Part shown: positions 29,130 to 39,258 of the stretch, in pieces | Layout of the letters: every line of letters begins with the position of its first letter | Numbering within the stretch: the stretch's first letter is position 1 | From: a virus | Lineage: Duplodnaviria > Heunggongvirae > Uroviricota > Caudoviricetes | Length of the DNA: 64,000 nt | Reading direction: 5' to 3' (one strand) | IMG/VR virus record: IMGVR_UViG_3300045988_149282 | Coordinates: 33,636 to 97,635 of that record | Position numbers and translations under genes: made by a program | The notes under the pieces: model-generated | What the model saw: only the letters and a program-made list of their open reading frames with translations | Database searches by the model: none | What the model was told of the DNA's origin: nothing

Positions 29130-30365
29130 ATGACGACTACTGCACTGCAAAATGAAAAAAATCCTTCTGATTACCTTGTTTGCAAGTGGTGCGGCAAATC
29201 ATTTCACTATTTTAAGTCCCATGTAGCCAATGGTAATTGCGAGGGCATTCCTGAGTCAGTAAAAGATGCCGATCCTGACACCGTACTGAAAATGTACACA
29301 ACGCAGTTTCCAGATGAACCAACGCTATCGAAAAAGGCACTTGATGCAATTCAAGCTAAACGTGCCGAGCAAAAAAGCGAAATGGCCAAATCTTCTGGCT
29401 TGACCAGTAGCCCTGGCTACACAGGCACAGTTGAGTACAAGATGGATCTGGTCGCAGCTCACGAACTGCTAAACGTAACGGTGGAAGAACTCGGAACAAA
29501 ACGTGGGACGCCGCTCATGGTTAGCGTCAACGTCAATACGCCGTATCCAGAGTTCGTTCCCGAAGTGAAGAAAGGCTACGTATATGGCGACTTCGAACTG
29601 ATCAAAGATATTTTCATGATGCTTGAACTTGGCATACCTGGCTATTTGTGGGGTCATGCAGGAACAGGCAAATCGTCATTGCCTACACAGCTATGTGCTT
29701 TGCTCAATCGTCCGTTGATCCGTGCCCAACATACAGCATCAATGGAAGAGGCACATGTTACGGGGCAAATTCTGGCGCGTGATGGCTCTACGTATTTCGA
29801 ACCTGGCTTGCTTGCGCTCGCAATGAAGCATGGCTGGGTTTACCTCGCGGATGAATACGACTTTGCGTTTCCACAAATTCTTGGCGTGTATCAGCCAGTG
29901 CTGGAAGGTGAAGCGTTGGTCATCAAAGAGGCAACTCCAGAATGGCGTCGCATTACTCCGCATGAACGGTTTGCTTTCATTGGCACTGGCAACACGAACG
30001 GATCTGGTGATGAAACCGGCTTGTACCAGGGTACAAACATCCAGAACGCCGCGAACTTTTCGCGTTTTGGCATCGTTTCGAATGTGAAATACATGAGCAA
30101 AGACGCAGAGATCAACATGTTGACAAATGCAGGCATCGTGGATGAATACGCTGAAAAGATGGTTAAGTTTGCCGGTATCGTTCGCGATGGATACGAAGAA
30201 CACCTTATTAGTCAGCCAATTGGCCCTCGTGAACTTTTGTTGTCGGCCAAGATTGGAATGATGCGAGGCGACTTTGTGACAGGTATTGAGCGTTCTTTCA
30301 TTAACAAACTCCCTTCAGCTTCTGCACAAGCGGCTCGTGAAGTTGTTCAAAAAATATTTGGTTAA
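29130..30365 (+). CDS. CobS/MoxR-like AAA+ ATPase
   Basis: 411 aa; Walker A GHAGTGKSS, Walker B-like VYLADEYD; paired with upstream VWA protein. Confidence 0.6.
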   Translation: MTTTALQNEKNPSDYLVCKWCGKSFHYFKSHVANGNCEGIPESVKDADPDTVLKMYTTQFPDEPTLSKKALDAIQAKRAEQKSEMAKSSGLTSSPGYTGTVEYKMDLVAAHELLNVTVEELGTKRGTPLMVSVNVNTPYPEFVPEVKKGYVYGDFELIKDIFMMLELGIPGYLWGHAGTGKSSLPTQLCALLNRPLIRAQHTASMEEAHVTGQILARDGSTYFEPGLLALAMKHGWVYLADEYDFAFPQILGVYQPVLEGEALVIKEATPEWRRITPHERFAFIGTGNTNGSGDETGLYQGTNIQNAANFSRFGIVSNVKYMSKDAEINMLTNAGIVDEYAEKMVKFAGIVRDGYEEHLISQPIGPRELLLSAKIGMMRGDFVTGIERSFINKLPSASAQAAREVVQKIFG

Positions 30366-30367
30366 TC

Positions 30368-30571
30368 GTGCGTAAAGGATGTTTCGGCTCTCTTATCGCT
30401 GCTTCTGAAACTGGTAAGGCTTGTCTGGTGTGTCCAGACAAGCCCGATTGTCACCAATCAGCAAAAGAAGTTGCGATTTCGATGCATGGGAAGTTCGTAG
30501 GCTTCCCCAATGACAAAATCAAAAAAACCAGAAAGGTAAAAACACATGAAGGCACTGATGGTTCGAACTGA
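30368..30571 (+). CDS. hypothetical small Cys-rich protein
   Basis: 67 aa ORF with C-x-x-C-containing pattern (CLVCPDKPDC); overlaps start of Pol III gene. Confidence 0.2.
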   Translation: MRKGCFGSLIAASETGKACLVCPDKPDCHQSAKEVAISMHGKFVGFPNDKIKKTRKVKTHEGTDGSN

Positions 30572-33500
30572 CTTCTCACTTGGGGAGTCGGCTTTAAAAG
30601 CAGAAAACGCGGTGAAGATTGCCAGAGAAGCTGGCTACACCGCTGTAATTTCAGCAGATAGCATGAATATTGCGAGCGTTATTCCACTACAACGTGCCGC
30701 TGGTGACGACATGGCGGTTATTTGTGGTGTGAAACTAAACATTGTTGATGATCCCACATACGAGCACCGGGTTAAACTTGCTAAAGAATCTATGAGATGT
30801 ATGGAATCATTAGAGCGGGGACGTAACTACTCGTTTACCGCTCTAATTAAAAATGAGCAAGGATATCGCGACATCTGCGAACTAATGACGGTGGCCAACA
30901 CACGAGAACAGTTCTACTTTGTACCGCGTCTCTCGCTCGAACAGTTGGTTTCTACATATGCCAAAGGCAACATCATCCTGCTCACTTCCGACATCGATAG
31001 CGTGTTCCAACGCAACGATTTTGCAAAAATCACAAGCTCACTGATTACAGCGGGCGGGAAAGACAACTTCTATAGCGTGGTTTATCCGCACCCTACCCCA
31101 TTCTACGACCAGATTAACGTCCGGGCGATGAAAGTCGCCAGCGCATTGAAAATAGAGCCAGTGGCGTTCTATCCCGCTTATTACGAATCGATCGACGATG
31201 CAGACATTAAAGACATTGCGCACATGGTTACGAACAACATAAAAATCGACCAGCCGCATCGTCTGCGTATCCCCCACCAGCGAGATAACGCCATCAATGG
31301 TCGTCGCCATCTCCTTGAGGCGCTTAAAGCCTTCTCCATTCGCATGGATGTGCCGGTAACAGCTGCAATGGCCTCAACAACGCAGGATACCATTATCGAT
31401 GCCTGCACATGGCGCTGGCATGAATTGCCACCAGCACTGCCCAAGATGGCAGACGACGAACCTGCAACGCTGATGAAACTGGCTGTTGCAGGGCTGCGTA
31501 AACGTCTTACCACAAAAGAGTTTGGATACACACCACCTGCTTCTGAGAACAGGGTTTATGTTGAGCGGCTAAAGTACGAAATGGACACGCTGACTCGCCT
31601 GGGATTCTGTGGTTACTTCCTGATGGTGCGCGATCTGATGAATCATAGTCGTGAAACTGGCATTCCCGTTGGGCCTGGTCGTGGTTCCTCTGCCGGTTCT
31701 CTGGTGGCGTGGTGCATAGGCATAACCAACGTCGACCCAATCCGTCACGGTCTTCTGTTTGAGCGTTTCATCAACCCTGAGCGTCTCGACTTGCCGGATG
31801 CGGACTTGGACTTCAGCCAGGCACGTCGCCATGAGGTGATCGAGTATCTGAATGAACGCTACGGCGAAGATTACGTTGCAGGCATTCCGAACTTCACCTA
31901 CCTGGGCGCAGCCTCTGCACTACGTGACACCGCTCGTATTTATGGTGTGGAGTCCGCAGATATGGCGGTATCAAAAGAACTGAAGAACGTCGAGGATGAT
32001 AGCCTTCCATTGGAAGAGCTGCGCGAACAACTGGCAAGTCTCGACAAATACGCAACAAAATATCCTGATGCATTCAATGCAGCCTGCAAGTTACAAAGCC
32101 TTATGCGTGGCTTTGGTAGACATGCGGCAGGGATGATCGTAGCAGGTGTTCCTCTGACAGAACGTACACCGGTTGAGCGCCGTGGTGACGCGCGTTGTAT
32201 CGCATTTGACAAGCGTTACTGCGAGGCTATGGGCCTAATTAAGCTGGACGTACTTGGTCTGGCAACTCTCGATTTGCTCGATAGTGCAAAACGCTACATA
32301 AAAGAGAACACAGGTGAAGATATCAATCTTGATGCCATTTCTCTTGAAGATCGCAAGGTGCTGGATGGTTTTGCTGCTGGGTACACTCAAGGTGTTTTCC
32401 AGCTTGAATCAGGCCCAATGCGCAAGCTGCTTAAAGATTTAGGTGGTGGAATTGAGCCAATGAGCTTTAAAACGGTTGTTGCTACGACTGCGCTCTTCCG
32501 GCCGGGGCCAATTCAGTCAGGCATGTTGGATGACTATGTTTCTGTAGCCAAAGGCTTTATGACGCCGGAATCATTACACCCCGTTCTTGATGAACTTACC
32601 GCAGAAACAAATGGCGTGATTCTCTATCAGGAACAGACGATGAACGCGACTCGATTGCTTGCTGGCTTCACAATGGCTGAAGCTGACGGCGTTCGTAAAG
32701 CGATCGGCAAAAAAGACATGGAAAAAATGAAGAGCATGGGCGAGAAGTTCATCGTTCAGGCTCAAGCTGGCTGGATAGACGTTGAGCTGGAAGATGGCAC
32801 TACACAGCGCATTCACCGTGCGGAACATTTTAAATGCGAAGACGGAACTCTGAAAACTGTCGAAGAGGCACTTGAGTACGGCGCAAAACTACCTATAAAC
32901 GCAGTACGCGTTACAGCGTCACATCCAGGGCTATCAGAGATGAAAGCGAAGGAGATCTGGACCGCATTCGAAAAGAATGGTGCCTACCAGTTCAACAAAT
33001 CACACTCTGTTGCTTACTCCTTAATCAGTTATCAATCTATGTGGTTGAAAATTCATTATCCCGCGGAGTTCTTCGCTGCTGCTCTCACTATTCTTGGCGA
33101 AGATAAACACCAGGGGCTGGTTAAAGATGCGCTGACCTATGGTATTCGCGTATTGCCACCAGACGTTAACGTGTCATCTAACCGAATCGAGATCCGCACG
33201 CTTGAAGATGGCAGCCAGGTGCTGTATGCGCCCTTCTCTGCTGTGAAAGGGTGTTCTGAGAATGGCTGCCAAGCCATCATGAGAGCGCGAGAAAAAGTTG
33301 GCGGCAAATTCGAGTCACTGGCGCAATTCGAAGAAGCTGTCGAGAAACGTGCCTGTAATAGTCGAGTGCGCGAATCGCTGCAAAAAGTAGGGGCGTTTGC
33401 ATCCATCGAGCCAGGCAGTCTGCCAGCAACTGATCCAGAGCGCCTACGCGACCAGGCTGAATTGATGGGAAACCTTGTCATAGACGCAGTTAAAGCCTCA

Positions 33501-34064
33501 CGTCCGTTTGAGATGAACCCCAAACGTTCGGCTGAAATTAACGTACTCATGACGCGGATGGCGGCTGAAATGGGCTTAGGTGATGAACTAATCCGCCCCA
33601 GCATTGGTATTAAGCCGAAAATCATGATCATTCTGGACAATGCGAACGGCAATGATGCTCGAACCGGTTACTTTATGGAGAACGGATACGACGACTTTAA
33701 GGCCAAGCTATTGACGGCTGGAGATTTACGCATGGGCGATCTCTATGTCACAGGTGTTTGCAAGAAGGTTAAAGACAAAGAAAAAGACTACACCAAAGAC
33801 GAGATCGGCCAGTTCACCGACTTTATGCGTGAAGAGATCAATCTGGTGCGTCCGACCTATGTGCTGACGTGTGGCAGCCGGGCAACTTCATTGTTTAACA
33901 ACAAAAACAAGCCATCCGATTTGGTCGGCAGGAAGGAGTATCTTCCAGACCTTGACGTTACTGTCTTTTACGGGTTTAACCCCAACATTCTTTACTTCAG
34001 ACCTGAAGAGGGAGAACGACTAGAAGCGATATTAACCGACGTAGCAGAAACTATTAAGTCGTGA
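30546..34064 (+). CDS. dnaE: DNA polymerase III alpha subunit (DnaE-like)
   Basis: 1172 aa; N-terminal PHP domain, conserved polymerase core motif GPGRGSSAGSLVAWCIGITNVDP and catalytic PDADLDF. Confidence 0.8.
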   Translation: MKALMVRTDFSLGESALKAENAVKIAREAGYTAVISADSMNIASVIPLQRAAGDDMAVICGVKLNIVDDPTYEHRVKLAKESMRCMESLERGRNYSFTALIKNEQGYRDICELMTVANTREQFYFVPRLSLEQLVSTYAKGNIILLTSDIDSVFQRNDFAKITSSLITAGGKDNFYSVVYPHPTPFYDQINVRAMKVASALKIEPVAFYPAYYESIDDADIKDIAHMVTNNIKIDQPHRLRIPHQRDNAINGRRHLLEALKAFSIRMDVPVTAAMASTTQDTIIDACTWRWHELPPALPKMADDEPATLMKLAVAGLRKRLTTKEFGYTPPASENRVYVERLKYEMDTLTRLGFCGYFLMVRDLMNHSRETGIPVGPGRGSSAGSLVAWCIGITNVDPIRHGLLFERFINPERLDLPDADLDFSQARRHEVIEYLNERYGEDYVAGIPNFTYLGAASALRDTARIYGVESADMAVSKELKNVEDDSLPLEELREQLASLDKYATKYPDAFNAACKLQSLMRGFGRHAAGMIVAGVPLTERTPVERRGDARCIAFDKRYCEAMGLIKLDVLGLATLDLLDSAKRYIKENTGEDINLDAISLEDRKVLDGFAAGYTQGVFQLESGPMRKLLKDLGGGIEPMSFKTVVATTALFRPGPIQSGMLDDYVSVAKGFMTPESLHPVLDELTAETNGVILYQEQTMNATRLLAGFTMAEADGVRKAIGKKDMEKMKSMGEKFIVQAQAGWIDVELEDGTTQRIHRAEHFKCEDGTLKTVEEALEYGAKLPINAVRVTASHPGLSEMKAKEIWTAFEKNGAYQFNKSHSVAYSLISYQSMWLKIHYPAEFFAAALTILGEDKHQGLVKDALTYGIRVLPPDVNVSSNRIEIRTLEDGSQVLYAPFSAVKGCSENGCQAIMRAREKVGGKFESLAQFEEAVEKRACNSRVRESLQKVGAFASIEPGSLPATDPERLRDQAELMGNLVIDAVKASRPFEMNPKRSAEINVLMTRMAAEMGLGDELIRPSIGIKPKIMIILDNANGNDARTGYFMENGYDDFKAKLLTAGDLRMGDLYVTGVCKKVKDKEKDYTKDEIGQFTDFMREEINLVRPTYVLTCGSRATSLFNNKNKPSDLVGRKEYLPDLDVTVFYGFNPNILYFRPEEGERLEAILTDVAETIKS

Positions 34065-34071
34065 TCCAATA

Positions 34072-34100
34072 AACATGGCCTCTATGGCCATGTTTTCTCT
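34072..34100 (+). terminator. rho-independent terminator after dnaE
   Basis: aacatggcc tcta tggccatgtt hairpin followed by T-rich tract. Confidence 0.6.
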
Positions 34101-34189
34101 TATCCCCTCATATCCCCTATCCTCGAACTCCTTGCCTTATCATCACAATGATATAATCAATATAAGATGATAAGTCAAAAGGAAAGCAC

Positions 34190-34621
34190 ATGATCACCGA
34201 TATTTACGAGAAAATAATGTCTGATCTCGAGTTTGACCGAGACAATCTGGAGGAAGTCTGGCGTAGACAACCCCGCCTTTTAATGGAGTATGGCTCAAAA
34301 CTCGCTCATGCAGAAAGAAGTGTCGCAGAGGCAAAACTTAACCTTGAAGCTGTTGAAGCAAAGCTATACGACACAGAGCGTAAGAACTTGAGTATGAACG
34401 GTATTAAGTTCAACGAGTCTGTACTGGACGCTAAGGTTAAAACAAACCCACAGTATCTGTCTAAACGGCAGAAGTTGGATGAAGCACGGCACATCGCAGA
34501 CATATACAAACATGCTGTCGCCGCCTTTTCGCATCGCCGAGACATGATCGTTCAGGCGTCAAAGATGGCCATCGTTGAATTAGAGCGATTAGGCTCTGAA
34601 CGCTTTATTACTCCCCGTTGA
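34190..34621 (+). CDS. hypothetical protein (possible UvsY-like recombination mediator)
   Basis: 143 aa, predicted helical; size and position next to gp32-like SSB are suggestive, sequence similarity is weak. Confidence 0.3.
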   Translation: MITDIYEKIMSDLEFDRDNLEEVWRRQPRLLMEYGSKLAHAERSVAEAKLNLEAVEAKLYDTERKNLSMNGIKFNESVLDAKVKTNPQYLSKRQKLDEARHIADIYKHAVAAFSHRRDMIVQASKMAIVELERLGSERFITPR

Positions 34622-34738
34622 TTTTTGATAGATAATAAGTAAGTACTGATCTATCATTTAACAGCTCGAAAGAGCCACGAATGAACGAAAGCCCAACGCG
34701 CATAGCGCCATCGGCCAAATCACAACAAGGAGAAACAC

Positions 34739-35767
34739 ATGTCTAAGACATTACTTGATTTGCTTAACAAAACTCGTGAAGACATTGCCGCCAAACGTGG
34801 TAACAACGTTGATCTGACTCGCTTAAAAGACGGCGTCAACTATATCCGCATCTTCCCGAATAAAGACGACCCAAACGGTAAGTTCTTCCAGACTTTCGGT
34901 ATGCACTACGTTAAGTATCAGAACGAGGAAGGTAAAGAAGCAACCAACGCTTATATTTGTGAGCAACATACTCACGGTCGCGCTTGTCAGCTATGCGAAA
35001 TGGTGATGGAAGGTCGCGCTCGTCACAAGGGTAACAAAGCAATGGAAGAACGCATCGGTCAAATGCGTGCCACTCCTCGCTACCTGGTCAACGGCATTCT
35101 TTCTGCTCGTGAGGATTTCGCAGATGCTGAGAAATGCCAGTTAATCGAGCTGCCGTCTACTGTATTCGATGATATCTGCAAAGCAATCACCGAAGACATC
35201 GCTGATGATATCGGCAATCCACTGAGCAAAGAGGAAGGCTACGCATTCCTGATTAAACGTACTGGCTCTGGTCGCGATACCAAATATGACGTCTCGCCTA
35301 AGCGTAAAGTCTACAAAGGCGATATCGAAGATAAATTCTGGAATACCCAGCATGATCTGATCGCATACGCAAATCAGGCTGATGAAACTCGTCTTCTGTC
35401 GACAGTTCGCACTATGGGTCGTCTGATTGGCATCGCTGCACCAACTGCCGCAGCATCTGCACCAGCAATTTCCTCAACCGCGAAAACATCGGCTGCGGCA
35501 CTACCTGGATTTGGCTCTGTCACTGGTCATACGGAGGGTGCGACTGCTGTAGCTACCGCTCATACCCCAGCTTCTGAACCAACCAGTCTGGTTGATGAAG
35601 AAATCCTCCGTGCCGTTGAAACTGAATTTAAACCAGAAGCAAGTCCCGCTGCCGTTGCAGTATCAGTCAAAGAGTCTGAAGCAGTCGCAGCGACATCTGT
35701 AGCAGCCGCATCTGCGACGGAAGATGAAGGTCTGGATGACCTACTGAGAGAGCTGGACTCTCTGTAA
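34739..35767 (+). CDS. single-stranded DNA-binding protein, T4 gp32-like
   Basis: 342 aa; zinc-binding C/H cluster (CEQHTHGRACQLC) and acidic C-terminal tail ending DDLLRELDSL resembling the gp32 tail. Confidence 0.55.
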   Translation: MSKTLLDLLNKTREDIAAKRGNNVDLTRLKDGVNYIRIFPNKDDPNGKFFQTFGMHYVKYQNEEGKEATNAYICEQHTHGRACQLCEMVMEGRARHKGNKAMEERIGQMRATPRYLVNGILSAREDFADAEKCQLIELPSTVFDDICKAITEDIADDIGNPLSKEEGYAFLIKRTGSGRDTKYDVSPKRKVYKGDIEDKFWNTQHDLIAYANQADETRLLSTVRTMGRLIGIAAPTAAASAPAISSTAKTSAAALPGFGSVTGHTEGATAVATAHTPASEPTSLVDEEILRAVETEFKPEASPAAVAVSVKESEAVAATSVAAASATEDEGLDDLLRELDSL

Positions 35768-35783
35768 TCCCATTACGTGACCA

Positions 35784-35813
35784 GTAAGGCGTCTACGGAC
35801 GCCTTACTTTTTG
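35784..35813 (+). terminator. rho-independent terminator after SSB gene
   Basis: gtaaggcgtc tacg gacgccttac hairpin followed by TTTTTGG. Confidence 0.65.
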
Positions 35814-35827
35814 GAAGGAATGTACCG

Positions 35828-36772
35828 GTGAATTATCTCTTCGTAGATGGCAATAGCCTGGGTTATTACCACCAACAATCTGACAAATTGCACAACGGCG
35901 AAATGGAAGTACAGGCTGCTTTCGGCTTTGTTAAGAACGTCCGTCGTTATGCCTCCATCCTCCATGCCCGACCTATGATTCTTTGGGATGGATTTAGTGA
36001 CAAGCGTCGCGACTTTTACCCGGACTACAAAGCAAATCGCGACGACGATCCTGATATGAAAAAGATGAAGGAAGGCTTTGCTATCCAGAAGCCATACATC
36101 CTCAAAATGATGACCGCGCTTGGAGTTACCCAACTCATTGCAAAAGATGCAGAAGCGGATGATCTGGCCGGGCTGCTGGTAGCCAGCATTGCACCGCAGC
36201 CAATCGTTGAACACATCTATCTGTTAACAGGCGATAGCGACTGGCTTCAGTTAGTTCGCGAAAACGTAAGCTGGGTAAGCCTGCGCGAAGACGCCAAAAA
36301 CAAGCAGGTTAATTTTGAGCAATTTGCGGAGCTGACAGGATTCGCTACTCCTCGCGCATTTTTGGAAGCAAAAGCATTACAAGGCGATAAATCGGACAAC
36401 ATTAGCGGTGTTGGTGGCATTGGTGCTGGCGGTGCGAAAGAGCTGCTGCATGAATGGGGAAGTGTCGCAACGATGGTACGCGGCATCAACGACGGCTCAA
36501 TCGTGGTTGACAAAGGACGCCATAAGACCGCCTTCAACAAACTAGCGAAGAATGCCTTCAACGAGAAAACAGGCTGTCGAATGCTCGAAGCGTTCAAGAG
36601 AAACATCACGCTAATGAACCTGATTGAGACGAAGTTTCCGCCTACCGAAATCGAAACAATCAAAGGCAATCGTGACGTGAAAGCATTCGAGCAACTGTGC
36701 TACGAGCTGAATTTCCGTTCGTTCCTTGAAGACCTTGAAGTGTTTGTTCTTCCATTCGAAAGGTATTGCTAA
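35828..36772 (+). CDS. 5-prime-3-prime exonuclease / flap endonuclease (FEN, T4 RNase H / T5 D15-like)
   Basis: N-terminal PIN-like LFVDGNSL motif; H3TH motif GDKSDNISGVGGIGAGGA; start placed at GTG 35828 behind GGAAGG because track start 35777 lies inside the terminator hairpin. Confidence 0.65.
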   Translation: MNYLFVDGNSLGYYHQQSDKLHNGEMEVQAAFGFVKNVRRYASILHARPMILWDGFSDKRRDFYPDYKANRDDDPDMKKMKEGFAIQKPYILKMMTALGVTQLIAKDAEADDLAGLLVASIAPQPIVEHIYLLTGDSDWLQLVRENVSWVSLREDAKNKQVNFEQFAELTGFATPRAFLEAKALQGDKSDNISGVGGIGAGGAKELLHEWGSVATMVRGINDGSIVVDKGRHKTAFNKLAKNAFNEKTGCRMLEAFKRNITLMNLIETKFPPTEIETIKGNRDVKAFEQLCYELNFRSFLEDLEVFVLPFERYC

Positions 36773-37038
36773 TGCTTAAATCGATTATCAATGGCGCTAC
36801 AACCACCCCTGCCCAACTGGCAAAAGAGATTGTCTTTTATCACGGTGAGTACGCTGTCATCGCACTGCCGTCAATTCTAGGCGCTGCCGGAATGAAAGCG
36901 ACAGATCGCGAGTTTGGATTAGTCAGCGAGCAGGTCGTAAAAATCCTCGCTCGTGTATCCAGACTCCTTAACCACGATGCGATTATATTCGACGAATCCG
37001 CCGCTTTAAAACGAATCAACGAAACAAAAGGAGCCTGA
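36772..37038 (+). CDS. hypothetical small protein
   Basis: ORF overlapping FEN stop (TAATG); ATG at 36772. Confidence 0.3.
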   Translation: MLKSIINGATTTPAQLAKEIVFYHGEYAVIALPSILGAAGMKATDREFGLVSEQVVKILARVSRLLNHDAIIFDESAALKRINETKGA

Positions 37039-37040
37039 TC

Positions 37041-38114
37041 ATGGCAAAAGGAAAATCCGCACTGGCACTTGCTCTGAAAAAGAAAATCGGTAGCAACGAC
37101 GAAATTCAGAAAGTAACTCATTGGATTGATACAGGCTTTCCACCGTTAAACAAAGCTATTTCTGGTCGTTACGATGGCGGCTTCCCATGTGGTCGTATCG
37201 TCGAAGTATTCGGTCCTCCAAGTGCAGGGAAAACGTTCCTTGCAACAGCAGCGATGATCTCCGCTCAAAAACAAGATGGTCTGGCGGTATTCCTCGATCA
37301 TGAAAACAGTTTTGACGTTGGCCTGGCTGTAGCCAATGGCCTGAACGCAGATGAGGATGACGGTCAGTGGGTATACAAGCAGCCTGATACCTTCGAAGAC
37401 TCTGTAGAGTTGATCGGCACAATTCTTAAATTGGTACGTGATGAAGAGCTTATTCCTGAATCAGCACCTATCTGTATCGTGGCTGACTCACTTGCGTCTA
37501 TGGTTCCGAACTCCAAAGCCGAGAAGTTCGAAAAGATGGCTGAAGGCACTGCCAAAGACAAAGATCAGCTAAACATGAACGACAATACGGCACTGGCTCG
37601 TGCGACAAGTGCGAACTTCCCTACTCTGGCTTTGTGGGCACGCAAATACAACGCCTGCATCATCTTCTTGAATCAGGTTCGCACAAAAATCGGTGTAATG
37701 TTTGGCGACCCTACTACGTCTCCAGGTGGAGATTCACCGAAGTTCTACGCTTCTGTACGTATCCGTCTTGGTGCATCGGTGATGAAGGATGGTAAAGAGA
37801 AGATCGGCCAGGACGTAGGCGCAGAATGCATCAAAAACAAAGTTGCACCACCGTATGGCAAATGCACCTGGAAATTCTACTTCGATCCTACTCGTGGCCT
37901 CGACGTTATCGAATCGCTCGTCGAGTACATGCTGGAAGAAGGATACCTGCCAAAGAACGCCAGCGGGCGAGTTGAAATTGGTGACAAGAAATACACCAAA
38001 TCGCAGATCGTCGAGATGTATCGGGAGAAGCCACTGGCTGAAATCATTGCGGCTTTGCAGGCAATCGACGACCGAAGAGCAAAAGACAACCCAACCGAGT
38101 CAGTAGAAGAGTAA
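37041..38114 (+). CDS. RecA/UvsX-family recombinase
   Basis: 357 aa; Walker A GPPSAGKT within RecA-like core, Walker B-like IVADSLASM; AAGGAG RBS. Confidence 0.7.
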   Translation: MAKGKSALALALKKKIGSNDEIQKVTHWIDTGFPPLNKAISGRYDGGFPCGRIVEVFGPPSAGKTFLATAAMISAQKQDGLAVFLDHENSFDVGLAVANGLNADEDDGQWVYKQPDTFEDSVELIGTILKLVRDEELIPESAPICIVADSLASMVPNSKAEKFEKMAEGTAKDKDQLNMNDNTALARATSANFPTLALWARKYNACIIFLNQVRTKIGVMFGDPTTSPGGDSPKFYASVRIRLGASVMKDGKEKIGQDVGAECIKNKVAPPYGKCTWKFYFDPTRGLDVIESLVEYMLEEGYLPKNASGRVEIGDKKYTKSQIVEMYREKPLAEIIAALQAIDDRRAKDNPTESVEE

Positions 38115-38119
38115 ACACA

Positions 38120-38146
38120 AGGCGTCCACAGGACGCCTTTTTTATC
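38120..38146 (+). terminator. rho-independent terminator
   Basis: aggcgtcc aca ggacgcct hairpin followed by TTTTTTA. Confidence 0.7.
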
Positions 38147-38206
38147 TCTTGAAAATATATAAGTACTTACTTATTATTTTCGCATAACAACCACATAGGA
38201 AAACAC

Positions 38207-38407
38207 ATGATCAAAATCTATCTATTGGCAGTAGCCACAGGCGTTTCAGTGGCTCTCATCTACGGTTTACTGGTTCCGTCGCTGATTTCTACCAAGAGTG
38301 ATTTAGCCGTCATGTTTGGAGTTATCGTTGGTTTTGGTGCTCCTGTAATCGGTCTTATTGCTGGTCGTAAGTTTATCAACTCATTAATCAAAGCAAAGGG
38401 GAAATAA
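38207..38407 (+). CDS. small two-TM membrane protein (possible partner of SPFH protein)
   Basis: 66 aa, two hydrophobic helices; directly upstream of SPFH lipoprotein gene. Confidence 0.4.
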   Translation: MIKIYLLAVATGVSVALIYGLLVPSLISTKSDLAVMFGVIVGFGAPVIGLIAGRKFINSLIKAKGK

Positions 38408-38410
38408 GTA

Positions 38411-39241
38411 ATGAAGAAAGGTTTACTTGCAGTTGCTCTGGCGGCTATTTGCACAATGGGTCTTACTGGCTGTGATCGCGTGGAGCCTGGATACGTTGGC
38501 ATCAAAGTAAACAAATTAGGTGAAGACAAAGGGATCGGTGAAGTGGTTGGCGTTGGTCGCCAATGGACAGGTCTTAACACCGAACTTTACGTATTCCCGA
38601 CCTTCAAACAAATGAAGACCTACGACGAACCGTTCACATTCCAGATGAGTGACGGTACTGCTATTGGTCACAAAATTGGCGTTGCGTATCTGGTTAATCG
38701 TGACAAGGTAACGACGGTGTTCCAGACCTATCGCAAAGGCGTAGACGATATCACCGAATCAGATCTGCGTCAGAAAATTGCCGACTCTCTAAACCGTTTG
38801 GCCAGCCGTATGACCACTGACTCATTTATCGACGGTGGTAAGGCGCAATTGCTGGACAACGCACTGAAAGACATTCAGAAAGAGATGTCTCCGGTTGGTA
38901 TTGAGGTACTGAGCCTGTCATGGGTTGGAAAGCCTGATTACCCAAAAACCGTCATTGAATCTATCAACGCCAAAGTAACGGCTAACCAGCGTACTCTGCA
39001 ACGTCAGCAGGAAGTTGAACAACGTAAAGCTGAGGCGAATATGCTACGTGAACAGGCTAATGGTGAAGCTGATGCTATCCGTGCTCGTGCTCAAGCAGAA
39101 GCAGACGCCATTCGTCTGCGCGGTGAAGCTCTGCGTCAAAACCCGAACGTTATGGAACTGGAAGCCATCAATAAATGGAATGGCCAGTTACCGCAGTACA
39201 TGACTCAAGGGGCTAACACTCCTTTCATTACAGTGAAATAA
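38411..39241 (+). CDS. SPFH/band-7 (prohibitin/stomatin-like) domain lipoprotein
   Basis: 276 aa; lipobox LTGC; SPFH-like core followed by Ala/Glu/Arg/Gln-rich coiled-coil tail (EANMLREQANGEADAIRARAQAEADAIRLRGEA). Confidence 0.55.
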   Translation: MKKGLLAVALAAICTMGLTGCDRVEPGYVGIKVNKLGEDKGIGEVVGVGRQWTGLNTELYVFPTFKQMKTYDEPFTFQMSDGTAIGHKIGVAYLVNRDKVTTVFQTYRKGVDDITESDLRQKIADSLNRLASRMTTDSFIDGGKAQLLDNALKDIQKEMSPVGIEVLSLSWVGKPDYPKTVIESINAKVTANQRTLQRQQEVEQRKAEANMLREQANGEADAIRARAQAEADAIRLRGEALRQNPNVMELEAINKWNGQLPQYMTQGANTPFITVK

Positions 39242-39258
39242 CTCCCCTAAAAAGTTCA

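Noticed and set aside
33137-33652. 171-aa minus-strand ORF within dnaE
   Set aside because: Embedded in the highly conserved Pol III alpha reading frame; no start context.
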